From assembly GCA_964518475.1 (NCBI GenBank), contig CAZFGR010000015.1, forward strand, positions 1 through 42,335: a stretch of DNA of 42,335 nt, read 5' to 3'. Shown here piece by piece: positions 9,114 through 19,364 of the stretch. The stretch's first letter is position 1. Each line of letters starts with the position of its first letter. The notes under the pieces are model-generated. The model was given only the letters and a program-made list of their open reading frames with translations, searched no databases and had not been told where the DNA came from. Origin of the DNA: an uncultured Nitrososphaerota archaeon. GTDB taxonomy: Archaea > Asgardarchaeota > Njordarchaeia > Njordarchaeales > Njordarchaeaceae. The translations under genes were made by a program, and so were the position numbers.

Positions 9114-10280
9114 TTGTTTTCTAAGAGAGTAAAGGAGATGAAATTCCCCTCCCTTTATGACATAGCAGAACTAGCGCGTGGGTTAGAGGATGTTATTTAC
9201 CTAAATGTTGGGGAACCGGATTTCACAACTCCTTCTCATATAATAGAGGCCGCTAAAGAAGCTATGGATAGGGGATTTACCCACTACACATCGGATGAGG
9301 GGATCCCAGAGCTGAGGGAAGCTGTAGCTGAGTACTACAACGAGAGGTATGGATCCGATTATACGAAAGAGAATGTATTAATTACTGTGGGAGCGACGCA
9401 AGCGATCTTTGCGGCAATAATGGCGCTAGTTAATGAGGGAGAAGAAGTAATCGTGCCCGATCCTTGGTATCCAGGATACTTGAGATCGATAATATTGGCT
9501 GGTGGAAAATTTCTCACGGTTAAGCAGGATGAGAAAAATGAGTACCAGCTTGATGTTGACGAGTTAAACGAGAAGATCTCAGAAAAAACTAAGGCTCTAA
9601 TCCTTATAAACCCTAATAACCCCACAGGATCATTGCTGAGCAAAGAACAATTAAAAAGTATTGTCGAGATTGTCAGCGATCATAAGCTATTCCTAATAGT
9701 TGATGAGATTTATGATAGATTCGTTTACGAAGATCGTTTCCACAGCATTGCGGAATTTCCAGAGATTCAGGAGAGAGCGATAATCATAAATGGTTTCTCG
9801 AAAGCCTATGCCATGACTGGGTGGAGAATAGGTTACGCCATCGCAGAGAAGGAAGTTATAAAAGAAATGCTCAAAGTAACCTTAGCTTCTGCTTTATGTC
9901 CCATATCCATAGCCCAGTACGCAGCATTAGCAGCTTTGAAAGGTCCTCAAGAAGTTGTTGACGAATTTGTTAAAGAATTTGACAAGCGTAGAAGAGTCAC
10001 AATGGATGAGTTATCAAAGATAAAGGGGATAAAGTTTGTGAAGCCTAGGGGAGCATTCTACATCTTCCCAAACGTGGGAGAATATAAAATGGATGAAGTT
10101 GAGCTAGTCAAGTACTTGGTCAAAGAAGCTAGAGTTGTTGTATCGCCAGGATACCCATTCTTCGGACCAGGCGGGAAGAATCATATAAGAATAGCTTATA
10201 CCTTAGACACAGAGAAGTTAAGAGAGGCTGGGAGAAGATTGAGAGAAGCGTTCCATAAACTCCTAGAGAAAACCTCATGA
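9114..10280 (+). CDS. PLP-dependent class I/II aminotransferase (aspartate/aromatic type)
   Basis: GEPDF, NPNNPTG, DEIY, SKAYAMTGWRIG motifs. Confidence 0.92.
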   Translation: MFSKRVKEMKFPSLYDIAELARGLEDVIYLNVGEPDFTTPSHIIEAAKEAMDRGFTHYTSDEGIPELREAVAEYYNERYGSDYTKENVLITVGATQAIFAAIMALVNEGEEVIVPDPWYPGYLRSIILAGGKFLTVKQDEKNEYQLDVDELNEKISEKTKALILINPNNPTGSLLSKEQLKSIVEIVSDHKLFLIVDEIYDRFVYEDRFHSIAEFPEIQERAIIINGFSKAYAMTGWRIGYAIAEKEVIKEMLKVTLASALCPISIAQYAALAALKGPQEVVDEFVKEFDKRRRVTMDELSKIKGIKFVKPRGAFYIFPNVGEYKMDEVELVKYLVKEARVVVSPGYPFFGPGGKNHIRIAYTLDTEKLREAGRRLREAFHKLLEKTS

Positions 10281-10424
10281 CCTTCCAGCTATTCTTCTCT
10301 CTTCTCTTCTTTTCTACTATGGGAATCATTAAGAGATTCACTGGATTTCTAGAGAGAAAAATAATATAAACAAAATTTTTGTCAAATACTGTGCTTTTCT
10401 CAGTTATTGTAGCGGTGCATTGAT

Positions 10425-11948
10425 ATGACTAAATACGTGTTATCTCTCGATGAAGGTACCACGAGTGCTCGCGCTATTGTATGGGATCACGAATCAAGAA
10501 TTCTTGGTCTTGGTCAATACGAGTTTCCTCAGCACTATCCAAGACCTGGGTGGGTAGAGCATAATCCAGAGGAAATCTGGGAAGCACAGTTAAGAGCTAT
10601 AAAGACTGCACTTGATAGAGCCAATGTGGTTCCCGAGGATATCGCCGCTATTGGGGTGACTAATCAACGTGAGACAACGATTTTATGGAAAAAGAGTAGC
10701 GGTAAGCCGATCTATAACGCGATTGTGTGGCAATGTAGAAGAACGGCGGAGATCGTGGATTGGTTGAGAAAAGAGTATGAGGACTTAATAATTGATAAGA
10801 CTGGCCTTGTTCCCGATTCCTATTTCTCCGGCCCAAAGATAAAGTGGTTACTTGATAATGTTTCAGGAGCCAAAGAAAAGGCTAAGAAGGGAGAAATATT
10901 ATTCGGTACAATAGATACTTTCTTGATATGGCGATTAACTGGAGGAAAAGCCCACGTTATAGACTATAGTAACGCATCCCGAACAATGATTTTTAACATA
11001 CATAAGCTTGATTGGGATCAAGACATACTCGAGATCCTAGGTATCCCAGAGGAAATCTTACCGGAGCCTCGTCCATCTAGCGATGAAGAAGCTTATGGGT
11101 ATACTGAGAAATCCATTATCGGAGCAAGCATACCAGTTACTGGTGATGCAGGCGATCAACAAGCAGCATTGTTTGGGCAAGCATGTTACGAAGAGGGAAT
11201 GGTCAAGAATACTTATGGCACAGGAAACTTCATATTATTGAATACGGGGTCAAAACCAAGAAAATCCAAGCACGGATTATTAACCACAATCGCTTGGGGA
11301 TTATCGAAGAAAAACGTGACATATGCTTTAGAGGGAAGCATCTTCATAACTGGAGCGGCTATTCAGTGGCTGAGGGACAACTTAAGGATAATAAGGCGTG
11401 CTAGTGAAACAGAGGATCTCGCTAAAAAACTAGAAAGTAATGAAGGAGTGTACTTTGTACCCGCTTTTGTTGGATTAGGAGCACCGTACTGGGATCAATA
11501 CGCACGGGGCTTAATTATAGGAATCACCCGTAGAACCGGTATCGAACATATCGCACGAGCAGCTCTGGAATCCATAGCGTACCAGACACGAGACGTGATC
11601 GAGGCGATGGAGCGTGACGCTGGTATTGAGATAAAAGAGTTGAGAGTTGATGGAGGAGCCGCTAAAAACGACTGGTTAATGCAGTTCCAAGCAGACATCC
11701 TCGGTAAGAGGATAATCAGACCAGTAATATTCGAGACAACAGCATTAGGAGCAGCGTACTTAGCAGGTTTAGCTGTGGATTATTGGGAAAGTGTAGAAGA
11801 AATAAAGAAGCTGTGGAGAGTAGAAAAAATATTTGAGCCAAAGATGTCTGCAGAGGATAGGGAGAAACTATACAGAGCATGGAGAATAGCCGTTGAAAAA
11901 GCCCAGAAGTGGGCTCTAATACTTAAAGAAATTGGTTTTTCTCTCTAA
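10425..11948 (+). CDS. glpK: Glycerol kinase
   Basis: [43 protein letters not shown] motifs. Confidence 0.96.
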   Translation: MTKYVLSLDEGTTSARAIVWDHESRILGLGQYEFPQHYPRPGWVEHNPEEIWEAQLRAIKTALDRANVVPEDIAAIGVTNQRETTILWKKSSGKPIYNAIVWQCRRTAEIVDWLRKEYEDLIIDKTGLVPDSYFSGPKIKWLLDNVSGAKEKAKKGEILFGTIDTFLIWRLTGGKAHVIDYSNASRTMIFNIHKLDWDQDILEILGIPEEILPEPRPSSDEEAYGYTEKSIIGASIPVTGDAGDQQAALFGQACYEEGMVKNTYGTGNFILLNTGSKPRKSKHGLLTTIAWGLSKKNVTYALEGSIFITGAAIQWLRDNLRIIRRASETEDLAKKLESNEGVYFVPAFVGLGAPYWDQYARGLIIGITRRTGIEHIARAALESIAYQTRDVIEAMERDAGIEIKELRVDGGAAKNDWLMQFQADILGKRIIRPVIFETTALGAAYLAGLAVDYWESVEEIKKLWRVEKIFEPKMSAEDREKLYRAWRIAVEKAQKWALILKEIGFSL

Positions 11949-12064
11949 GGAAAAGCTTAAAAAAGTGTTATGAATTGTGAAAACTTATCATGCCTCTATA
12001 CTTTTTTACTCTCTAAAATCATACTATCAACTAGAGCTGAAGGGTTAAACAAACCTAAGTTACT

Positions 12065-12907
12065 TTAGTGGTTGTTTAGCCACTCAACGATTTTTCTTAG
12101 TGCTTCTTCTTTTTTAATATCGTTTAGGACTTCGTGCTTGATGCCCTCCATTAGGATAAGTTCCTTGTCCTGGCTAGCTATTCTTTCGTAGAGCTCTTGT
12201 GAGGCTGTTGGCGGCACTATTTTATCCTCTTTTCCATGCAGTATCAGTACTGGCACAGTTATTTTATGGGCGTTTTCAAGGGCATAGTTCATTGCTTTGA
12301 GCATTTCATCTAGTAAGCGTATCGTACCTCTCTTAAACACTAATGGATCTTTGACGTATGCCTCATTCACTTTAGGATCGTTAGTTAGGAGAGACGGATC
12401 TATCACAATCTCTGGTCTATACTTAGGTCTGATTTTGGCTAAGAGCTTTAAAAGGGCTAATCTAGGCCCCTTTATTTCTATGCTAGTGGCCAATGCTGGT
12501 CCAGATAAGATGAGGCCGCGAAGAATATCACCATGCTCTATAGCGAATATCGTAGCTATTAACCCACCCATGCTATGCCCGAATAGAAATACTTTATCTA
12601 CATTGTTTTCTTTCATAACCATTTCTGTGAACTCCAAAACATCGTCTACAAAATCCGAGAATTTATCTATGTATCCTCTCTCCCCTTCAGACTTACCATG
12701 TCCCCTTAAATCCTGCATGTAGAAAGCATAGCCATTGGATGCTAGGAATTCTCCAACATGGCTATATCTTCCTGAGTGTTCAGCATAGCCGTGAATACCT
12801 ACTATTACTCCTTTAAGAGCCCCTATAGGTGCCCATAATCTATAGTAAAATTTGATCCCTCTCTGTGAGGAGTACGTCTTCTCCGCTATCTTAATGTCAC
12901 TACTCAT
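12065..12907 (-). CDS. Alpha/beta hydrolase, monoacylglycerol lipase/lysophospholipase family
   Basis: HGYAEHSGRY, DLRGHGKS, nucleophile GHSMGG, HGKEDKIV, HEVLN. Confidence 0.9.
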   Translation of the reverse strand: MSSDIKIAEKTYSSQRGIKFYYRLWAPIGALKGVIVGIHGYAEHSGRYSHVGEFLASNGYAFYMQDLRGHGKSEGERGYIDKFSDFVDDVLEFTEMVMKENNVDKVFLFGHSMGGLIATIFAIEHGDILRGLILSGPALATSIEIKGPRLALLKLLAKIRPKYRPEIVIDPSLLTNDPKVNEAYVKDPLVFKRGTIRLLDEMLKAMNYALENAHKITVPVLILHGKEDKIVPPTASQELYERIASQDKELILMEGIKHEVLNDIKKEEALRKIVEWLNNH

Positions 12908-13202
12908 TCTGATCCCTCTAGAAGCGATGCAAAATGATGATTAATAATGAATCAATTATAAAAATTAACTCCGAAAATTTTCCTCTAGATACGGAATCTG
13001 TAAGTCATTAGAACCTTACTGAGTAACAGGGATAAAAATTTATATTACCGTTAAAGGTATGTATATTTTAGTTAAGGTTAGTCAAAGTCTTCATCTATCT
13101 GACCTTCCAGATTTTTGGCTCTTCTACATACATTTCTTGTAGTCCTCTGAACTATAGACCTTCTAAGCGAGAGAAGAAATAATTTGAAGAAAGGTGTTTT
13201 AG

Positions 13203-14021
13203 ATGCTAGCTAGTCCTCGAGAGGCTGTAATTCTCGCAGCGGGCTTTAGTACTAGGCTTCGAGACTATATTAAGGAGATATCTAAGGTTCTCCATCCAAT
13301 AATGAATAGGCCTTTGATCTGTTTCCCACTGGAAGTTTTGATGAGTATTGGGATAAGAGATTTCAAAATAGTTGCTAATTCTATGAATTATTTCTATCTC
13401 AAGAGTGTTCTAAAGAGCTTTACTGGTGCTATTAGATACGAGTTGATTATTAATAATAAGCCGGAGCTTGGGAATGGATATAGTGCACTGTTAGGTGCCA
13501 GCTATATAAAATCGAGATACTTCATTCTCTCGATGGCTGATCATATCTACGCTCCCTCTGTTGTCAAGAAGCTCTTAATCGCTACTAAGGAAGAGTTCGA
13601 TGTAATAGTTGGGGGTGATAGTTCTCCACAGTTTATAGATATTAAAGAAGCAACAAAGATCTACGTTAAGGGAGATAAAGTAGTTAGGATAGGAAAAAAC
13701 CTGGAAGAGTATACCCATGTGGATATAGGATTATTTATCGTGAAAAGAAAGGTACTGGATATCTTTGATCATAAATCCTTGTATCAAAAACTTAGCTGGT
13801 CTGATATAATTAATCGATTAGTTAAGGAGGGTTATATCGTCAGAGTTGCAGATATTAGAGGAGATTATTGGACGGAAATCGATACACCTCACGATCTAAT
13901 GCAGATTCTGAACGGTGATAGACGAGTAGTTGTTAAGAGAGTGTTGGAACAGTTAGAAACGAAATGGCGGTATGAGGTGCCTAGAGAAGATGTAGCTAGA
14001 TCTAGACTTCTTTTGAAATAA
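13203..14021 (+). CDS. Sugar/polyol-phosphate nucleotidyltransferase, IPCT/LicC-like, stand-alone
   Basis: ILAAGFSTRL, GNGYS, SMADH, EATK, DIGLF, WTEIDTPHD; no CDP-alcohol phosphotransferase domain is fused. Confidence 0.78.
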   Translation: MLASPREAVILAAGFSTRLRDYIKEISKVLHPIMNRPLICFPLEVLMSIGIRDFKIVANSMNYFYLKSVLKSFTGAIRYELIINNKPELGNGYSALLGASYIKSRYFILSMADHIYAPSVVKKLLIATKEEFDVIVGGDSSPQFIDIKEATKIYVKGDKVVRIGKNLEEYTHVDIGLFIVKRKVLDIFDHKSLYQKLSWSDIINRLVKEGYIVRVADIRGDYWTEIDTPHDLMQILNGDRRVVVKRVLEQLETKWRYEVPREDVARSRLLLK

Positions 14022-14027
14022 TTCTCC

Positions 14028-14753
14028 TTATTTCTGCCTTCTCCTCATATATAACTCCTTAAGCAACGGGATTTCTTCCAAATCTTTCTCGGTTAGGAGT
14101 TCCCAGAAGACTCCTCTCGGCTTCTTATAGGGAGTATTTGTTCTAATGACTTTCGTAGGAGTGAGTATTATATCGACGGGCATATCGTGATTTGTCATCG
14201 GTATATGATCAACTATTTGAATATCATGCACAGTTGTTATTATCGGGGCATCCTCATCTATTGCTCCGTATTCTCTCAATATGCCGTATTCTATATCAGA
14301 GTAGCCATGTCCCTTACCGACTCGCCCTCCCACAGTATCCACGGCTACAGAACCAGTTATTTTTATATCTACATGAATCTGCGATGGATGAATTATTCTT
14401 CCATATCTAAAAGCTCCCTTGATAGTTGTGGCTCTCCAGAAATCTCTAGTAGGTATCTTCTCTGGGTCAAGAAGAATAAAACCCCTCTTTATCCTAGGGC
14501 TGGCCATTATGACCTTCTTTCCTTCGAGTAGTGAGAGAGCTCGTACTGGGTGTTGTGGGGAATCGGGATTTACAAAAACGACCTCTGCCTTCCTGAACTC
14601 TGGTAACTTAGTTAGTCTTTTGGCTGCTTCTTCTGCACCGACGAAGTTTGGTACTCTACCGTACACTGGTCGGGGGAACCTTGCAATATTTTTCTCTTCC
14701 ATTATCCGCCATACATACTCTCTAATTTTTTGTTTCTTTTCCTCAACATTCAA
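14028..14753 (-). CDS. 5-formyltetrahydrofolate cyclo-ligase family (MTHFSD-like archaeal type)
   Basis: GRVPNFVGA, NPDSPQ, GSVAVD..GGRVGKGHGYSD.E, TTVHDIQ, HDMPVD. Confidence 0.88.
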   Translation of the reverse strand: MNVEEKKQKIREYVWRIMEEKNIARFPRPVYGRVPNFVGAEEAAKRLTKLPEFRKAEVVFVNPDSPQHPVRALSLLEGKKVIMASPRIKRGFILLDPEKIPTRDFWRATTIKGAFRYGRIIHPSQIHVDIKITGSVAVDTVGGRVGKGHGYSDIEYGILREYGAIDEDAPIITTVHDIQIVDHIPMTNHDMPVDIILTPTKVIRTNTPYKKPRGVFWELLTEKDLEEIPLLKELYMRRRQK

Positions 14754-14861
14754 TTGGTTTCTCCCCTTAGCGAGGGCTTTGATAAAACAATATTATCCCA
14801 GCTAAAAAATTTAATTTGTTATTTCGTAATAACACTAGTAAGTAATGGGAGATGAAAGTGA

Positions 14862-16055
14862 ATGGCCCCCCAAATCATAGTTAATCCCGAAGTTTTCAAG
14901 AGTGATGAGATCTTTCACAAAAGCGACTTATGGCACGATATAATAGAAGAAATCATCAGCGATTTAGTATCTTTCTTTGAGAACGGGGAATCCTTCACGT
15001 CATGGATAATTGTCTATGAAACCAGATTACTTAAGGATCTATTCTTAAAACTCCTTATGGAGAAGAGCAGGAAGAGAATAGAAGACAAAGCCATTGAGAT
15101 ATACATCAATTGTAGAAGAGCTAGGAGAGTATATAATACGGTTCTGAGTATCGTAAAGGGTGTCGATGCTTCACTACCAACTAGGGGGTTATCCTTAGAG
15201 GAACTCATGGATGAGACTATTAGAAGACTTAAGCGTCTAAAGAAAGGGTTATTGATCTACCTAGATCATCTAGGAGAACTCTTCTCTGAGGAAGAATTCG
15301 ATAAAGCAAGGGATTTATTATACATTCTCTCACGCCTAAATGAAAGAGCAGAGAGCGAAAAAATAGTAAGCTTAGCTACTGTAGCAACAATAGATTCTAG
15401 AAAGTATGACGAGATTTTCAATCAGATTGATGGATCGACAAGAGCCTCTTTCTTCAGAAAGGTGATTGAGTTAAGAATGCCCACTCCTGAAGAAATCAAG
15501 ATTCTGTTATCAAACGTTGCGAAGAAGGGGTTACGAGAAAACGCCGTCTCCGAAGAAACTCTTGAAAAGATTTCTCACTGGGTGCTTGATAAGTATGAAG
15601 GCGATCCTAAAAAAGCTGTCGAGTTATTACTAGAGGCGGCACTCATTGCCGAGAAACTAAATGATGATACCATAGACATTAAGCACGTAAATCTCGCCAT
15701 AAAAACCGCTAGAATAAGGAGCACTGATCTCGACTATGTTTTACAACCTCTTAGGAAACATTTTCTTGTCCTATTATTAGCCATTGTTAGAGCCTTGAAA
15801 GAGAAGCAGAGAGAATTCGTTACACGAGTAGAGATAGAACCCTATTACAACGAATTATGCAGACAGTTTAACGAGAGACCTAGAAAAACCACGCAACTAC
15901 TGAGGTATATCAAGGAACTGGCGAAGGATCTCGAAAGCATTGTTAAGGTAGAGGTAAGCGGTGTAGACCAGCGTGGAAGATCAACAAGAATCTATGTAAA
16001 CGCCCCATTAAACGATCTTGAAAGAGCAATATTAGAAAGACTAACTAATCAATAA
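14862..16055 (+). CDS. Cdc6/Orc1-family protein with degenerate ATPase motifs
   Basis: YINC, P.RG.S (ISM), LLY.LSR, GD.K.A, and C-terminal winged helix (Y.ELC....RP....Q....IKEL...RGRST.I) are Cdc6-like; Walker A and B are degenerate. Confidence 0.82.
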   Translation: MAPQIIVNPEVFKSDEIFHKSDLWHDIIEEIISDLVSFFENGESFTSWIIVYETRLLKDLFLKLLMEKSRKRIEDKAIEIYINCRRARRVYNTVLSIVKGVDASLPTRGLSLEELMDETIRRLKRLKKGLLIYLDHLGELFSEEEFDKARDLLYILSRLNERAESEKIVSLATVATIDSRKYDEIFNQIDGSTRASFFRKVIELRMPTPEEIKILLSNVAKKGLRENAVSEETLEKISHWVLDKYEGDPKKAVELLLEAALIAEKLNDDTIDIKHVNLAIKTARIRSTDLDYVLQPLRKHFLVLLLAIVRALKEKQREFVTRVEIEPYYNELCRQFNERPRKTTQLLRYIKELAKDLESIVKVEVSGVDQRGRSTRIYVNAPLNDLERAILERLTNQ

Positions 16056-16422
16056 CAGAGTTCTAGAGAATGAGTCGCTGGAGTCTGAGATTTAATGAGA
16101 CTCCTCCTCAAACCTGTGAAGTTTAAATAACTTTCTCTCAGAACAGAGACGAATAGAGCAATGCAGGGTATTGGTTAACCATTCAGATCTGCACATTCAG
16201 AAAAGGTATCTTGAAAAAGTTAAAGGAGAGCCCCAAGAAACTAGAGGAGAAGATATTCTTCGTTGTAGAGAATTATGTAGTTCCTTGGCTATTTCCGCAT
16301 AAGAGATCTTTCCTCTTTCTCTTAGAATACAAATTTTTATGTTCAGAAAAATATATTATTTTGAAAAATGTAAATATACACTATTTTGTTGGATAATTGG
16401 CTTTGAATAGCTTGGTGTTACT

Positions 16423-18618
16423 ATGATTCATGGGGTCTCAGTAATTTTAAAGACTGGGATTGCTATAGTGAATAAGGGTTTTGAGGAAGGAAAGGATCTT
16501 CTTCCTAAATTCCTGTCCGTATTAACGAGAATGGCTGAGAATCTCGGTTTGAGCAGAGTGAAAAAATCTAGTTTTATGAATTATGAAATATACGTGGTTA
16601 CTAGTGAGAAAAATCCTAACATAGCGTTGGGAATACTGTGTGATAAATCGGATAACGCCGCTTTTCAAAGAGCTAAAATTCTCGCTTATAAACTTGATCA
16701 AATAATTCCCGCACAAATCGATGCGATTACCGATGATCTAAGAAGCAAAATAGAGGAGATTGTAGATGGATTCTTTAAAGAGCAGGTAGATCTTCCAGAT
16801 TTTAAAATAGTTACTGATTTGGCAAAAGTAATTTATGGAGGGATTCCTGGAAAGAAATTAAAAGTATTCGAGAAGAGATTTGAAGAATTCTATAAAAAGG
16901 AGAAAGAACGTGGAGAAAAAATGATATATGTTCCAGAAACTGTTCAAATTAATGATGAGCGCAAGGCCTTGAAAGAAGCCTTATCGTTAGTTTCTCAATG
17001 GAATCTTTATAAAGCTACTGATTTTCTCTCTTCGTTATACGAGGCATCAACCGATTTTAAAGAGTTAGCAGCTTTTCTTTTAGTGAGGTTGAGTTTGTTA
17101 TCAAGGACTTTTCCACGGCAGTACCCAGTAATATCAGCAACGGATGTCGCTGAAATTATTAAGGCTGATAAATTCCCTGGAAACATGTCTTTGCCATGCA
17201 AATTTGTGAAAATGGAGTTTGCTGGGGAAAGCGTTGACAAGATAATAGATTTTCTTAAGAAGTCTTCTCGGGAAATAATTTCTGATTTCAATAAGATTGA
17301 TGATGATGTTTTAAAGCAAGCGTATTTAATACTTCTCTTCACGATTAATGATGAAATAGTTAATTCAACGCTCCTCGGCAATTTCCTAGCTAATGAGCTC
17401 AAGGATCGATCCGAGATCATGTATGAGCAAATAAGATGTTTGAAAGAGTTGAGGAAGTTATATCAATTCTCACCTATTACATCATGGTTCGATATTCAGA
17501 AAGTATTTTCTGATAGTAAATTACTCTTTATGAGAACTGATGAATCAATGCCTAGAATGATTTATCATAAATCACTGCCAACGAAATTATTAGCAACGAT
17601 ACTTAAAACTAAAAAAGTAGGAACCGCGGATAAAGTTTCTACTCTCTCAATGCTTAGGGCTATACCACTACTGCTTTCAGCTATCTTAGTTATTGAGTCT
17701 CCAGATGTAACAATTAAGGATAAACATGCAATAATTCGTGAAGCATATGAACTATTATCTGAACGATTGATCGATATTCCCACGAGTCGTCCATTATTAG
17801 ATGTAATATTCTACTTTAATTATTACCAACTAGCTCTTCACCTGCTTTATTACTTATTATATCTTGAAGAAGGGGAAGCCAAGAAAGAGATATTAATGAA
17901 GGGTTATGAGCTTGGATTGGATGGTGTTCGATATTTCATTAGGATGCTTATTAATAAGAGAATATCTATGCGAGATTTCCTAGTATATATCTCGCCAATA
18001 ATATTTGTCTTATCAAGAATATCAATCGAATTAGATAAGATTCCAGATGAAATAATCGAATTCGCTAGACTTTTAACACTTATGGATGAGAACTATGTTG
18101 AAGAATTGAGCAAGAAGAAAGATTTGGATTACTTCGCGGTTCTCATTAATGCCTTAATGGCTTTAATCGCGACTTTAAAAATGATAGAGATTCCTAAGAT
18201 AATTAAGGAAGTTTTAGCTCAAATTATCAATGTCCTGGATAGTATTTCTAGATGGGCTATCTATAACGGAGTTTTCTCTAGGGAGATCGCTGATATAATA
18301 TATAGTGCTGCTAAATTAGCTATTAGCACTAATAATAAGGAATTAGCGTGGAATTTGATCCAAATGTTGGTAAAGTATGGCAAGGTTTTGTGCTGGGATA
18401 TTCAAGAAAATACTTTCGACGCCGTGATTACTCTCGAGAAAATTGGAGAATTAATGATCTCGTTAATTGAGAGATTCGGAGAAACACCAGAGATTGTAGT
18501 GCTCATTCAAGACTCCTTAACCAAGGCTAAGCATATATGGGTTAGTGAGGAATATATTGCCAAAGTCGCAAAGATTAATGATCTTCTTTCAAAGGTTCTT
18601 TCTCATGCAAAGCATTAA
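16423..18618 (+). CDS. Large protein with N-terminal longin-like domain and alpha-helical solenoid
   Basis: N-terminus MIHGVSVILKTGIAIV...DLLPKFLSVL has a longin beta-beta-alpha pattern; the remaining ~550 aa are amphipathic helices without enzyme motifs. Confidence 0.6.
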   Translation: MIHGVSVILKTGIAIVNKGFEEGKDLLPKFLSVLTRMAENLGLSRVKKSSFMNYEIYVVTSEKNPNIALGILCDKSDNAAFQRAKILAYKLDQIIPAQIDAITDDLRSKIEEIVDGFFKEQVDLPDFKIVTDLAKVIYGGIPGKKLKVFEKRFEEFYKKEKERGEKMIYVPETVQINDERKALKEALSLVSQWNLYKATDFLSSLYEASTDFKELAAFLLVRLSLLSRTFPRQYPVISATDVAEIIKADKFPGNMSLPCKFVKMEFAGESVDKIIDFLKKSSREIISDFNKIDDDVLKQAYLILLFTINDEIVNSTLLGNFLANELKDRSEIMYEQIRCLKELRKLYQFSPITSWFDIQKVFSDSKLLFMRTDESMPRMIYHKSLPTKLLATILKTKKVGTADKVSTLSMLRAIPLLLSAILVIESPDVTIKDKHAIIREAYELLSERLIDIPTSRPLLDVIFYFNYYQLALHLLYYLLYLEEGEAKKEILMKGYELGLDGVRYFIRMLINKRISMRDFLVYISPIIFVLSRISIELDKIPDEIIEFARLLTLMDENYVEELSKKKDLDYFAVLINALMALIATLKMIEIPKIIKEVLAQIINVLDSISRWAIYNGVFSREIADIIYSAAKLAISTNNKELAWNLIQMLVKYGKVLCWDIQENTFDAVITLEKIGELMISLIERFGETPEIVVLIQDSLTKAKHIWVSEEYIAKVAKINDLLSKVLSHAKH

Positions 18619-19117
18619 GGTTCCTTTGTTTTTCTTTAATTAATTCATCAGCAACGGCTAATACGATGACGCTATCGAGTACATCATCAATCGATGGGTT
18701 CGGTGATTCAACGACTTCTCCTCCGCCTTCAACAGTTTTTAATTCAGGAAGTTCTAAAGGTTCTAAAGGTTTTGGTTGGGATGGCCTCGGTGCTACTGGG
18801 GCTTTCGCATGAGGAGAACTTACCAATGATCCTATTCTTTGAGCATTCTCAAGGCTCGAGGAAAGTCTATTAATTAAGTCATTTAATGTTTGTATTATTC
18901 TGGAGAAGTCCTCTGATACACTAACACTCTTTTCTTCATCCTTACTGAGCTCCTCTTTGTAATGTTTTATAGCTCTCAGGAAAAGTTCGTTCAAATCAAT
19001 GTTAAGAGCTTTAGATAATTCGGCCGCTGAATCAAATATCTTTCTTGGTAATCTTACTACTACCTCTATGGTTTCTTCTGATGACTTATTTTCTTTCTTA
19101 ACCTTCTTAATTAACAT
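18575..19117 (-). CDS. Ribbon-helix-helix protein with coiled coil and Pro-rich linker
   Basis: IEVVVRLPRKIFDSAAELSKALNIDLNELFLRAI is RHH-like; followed by a heptad segment and PVAPRPSQPKPLEPLELPEL; 3' end overlaps the convergent gene by 44 bp. Confidence 0.6.
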   Translation of the reverse strand: MLIKKVKKENKSSEETIEVVVRLPRKIFDSAAELSKALNIDLNELFLRAIKHYKEELSKDEEKSVSVSEDFSRIIQTLNDLINRLSSSLENAQRIGSLVSSPHAKAPVAPRPSQPKPLEPLELPELKTVEGGGEVVESPNPSIDDVLDSVIVLAVADELIKEKQRNLNALHEKEPLKEDH

Positions 19118-19364
19118 TCTCTACGCACCAAGCCATCGTATATAACCCGTAACAAATATATCTGAAAAGTATTCTATGAAAATTTGATTCTTATTTTTGG
19201 TAACCGAATTTTTTAAACATATCTTTCAGAAAAAACATTTATATGATTATTTCGAATTATTCTTTTATTCCGCATTGAATAGAAGAATAGTGTGTTAGAC
19301 GAAAGAGATTGAAAAATAATTTAAAAGCACTCGTTAGTCAGATAACCTTCTAAGGTGTCTTTTC

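Noticed and set aside
16211-16396. Listed 61-aa ORF
   Set aside because: Runs through the T-rich and TATA-like region of the next gene; no motif or SD.
14754-16422. Replication origin (ORB repeats) flanking the Cdc6-like gene
   Set aside because: No repeated TTCCAGTGGAAA/G-string ORB elements were found by eye; only one weak TTCTAGAGAA.
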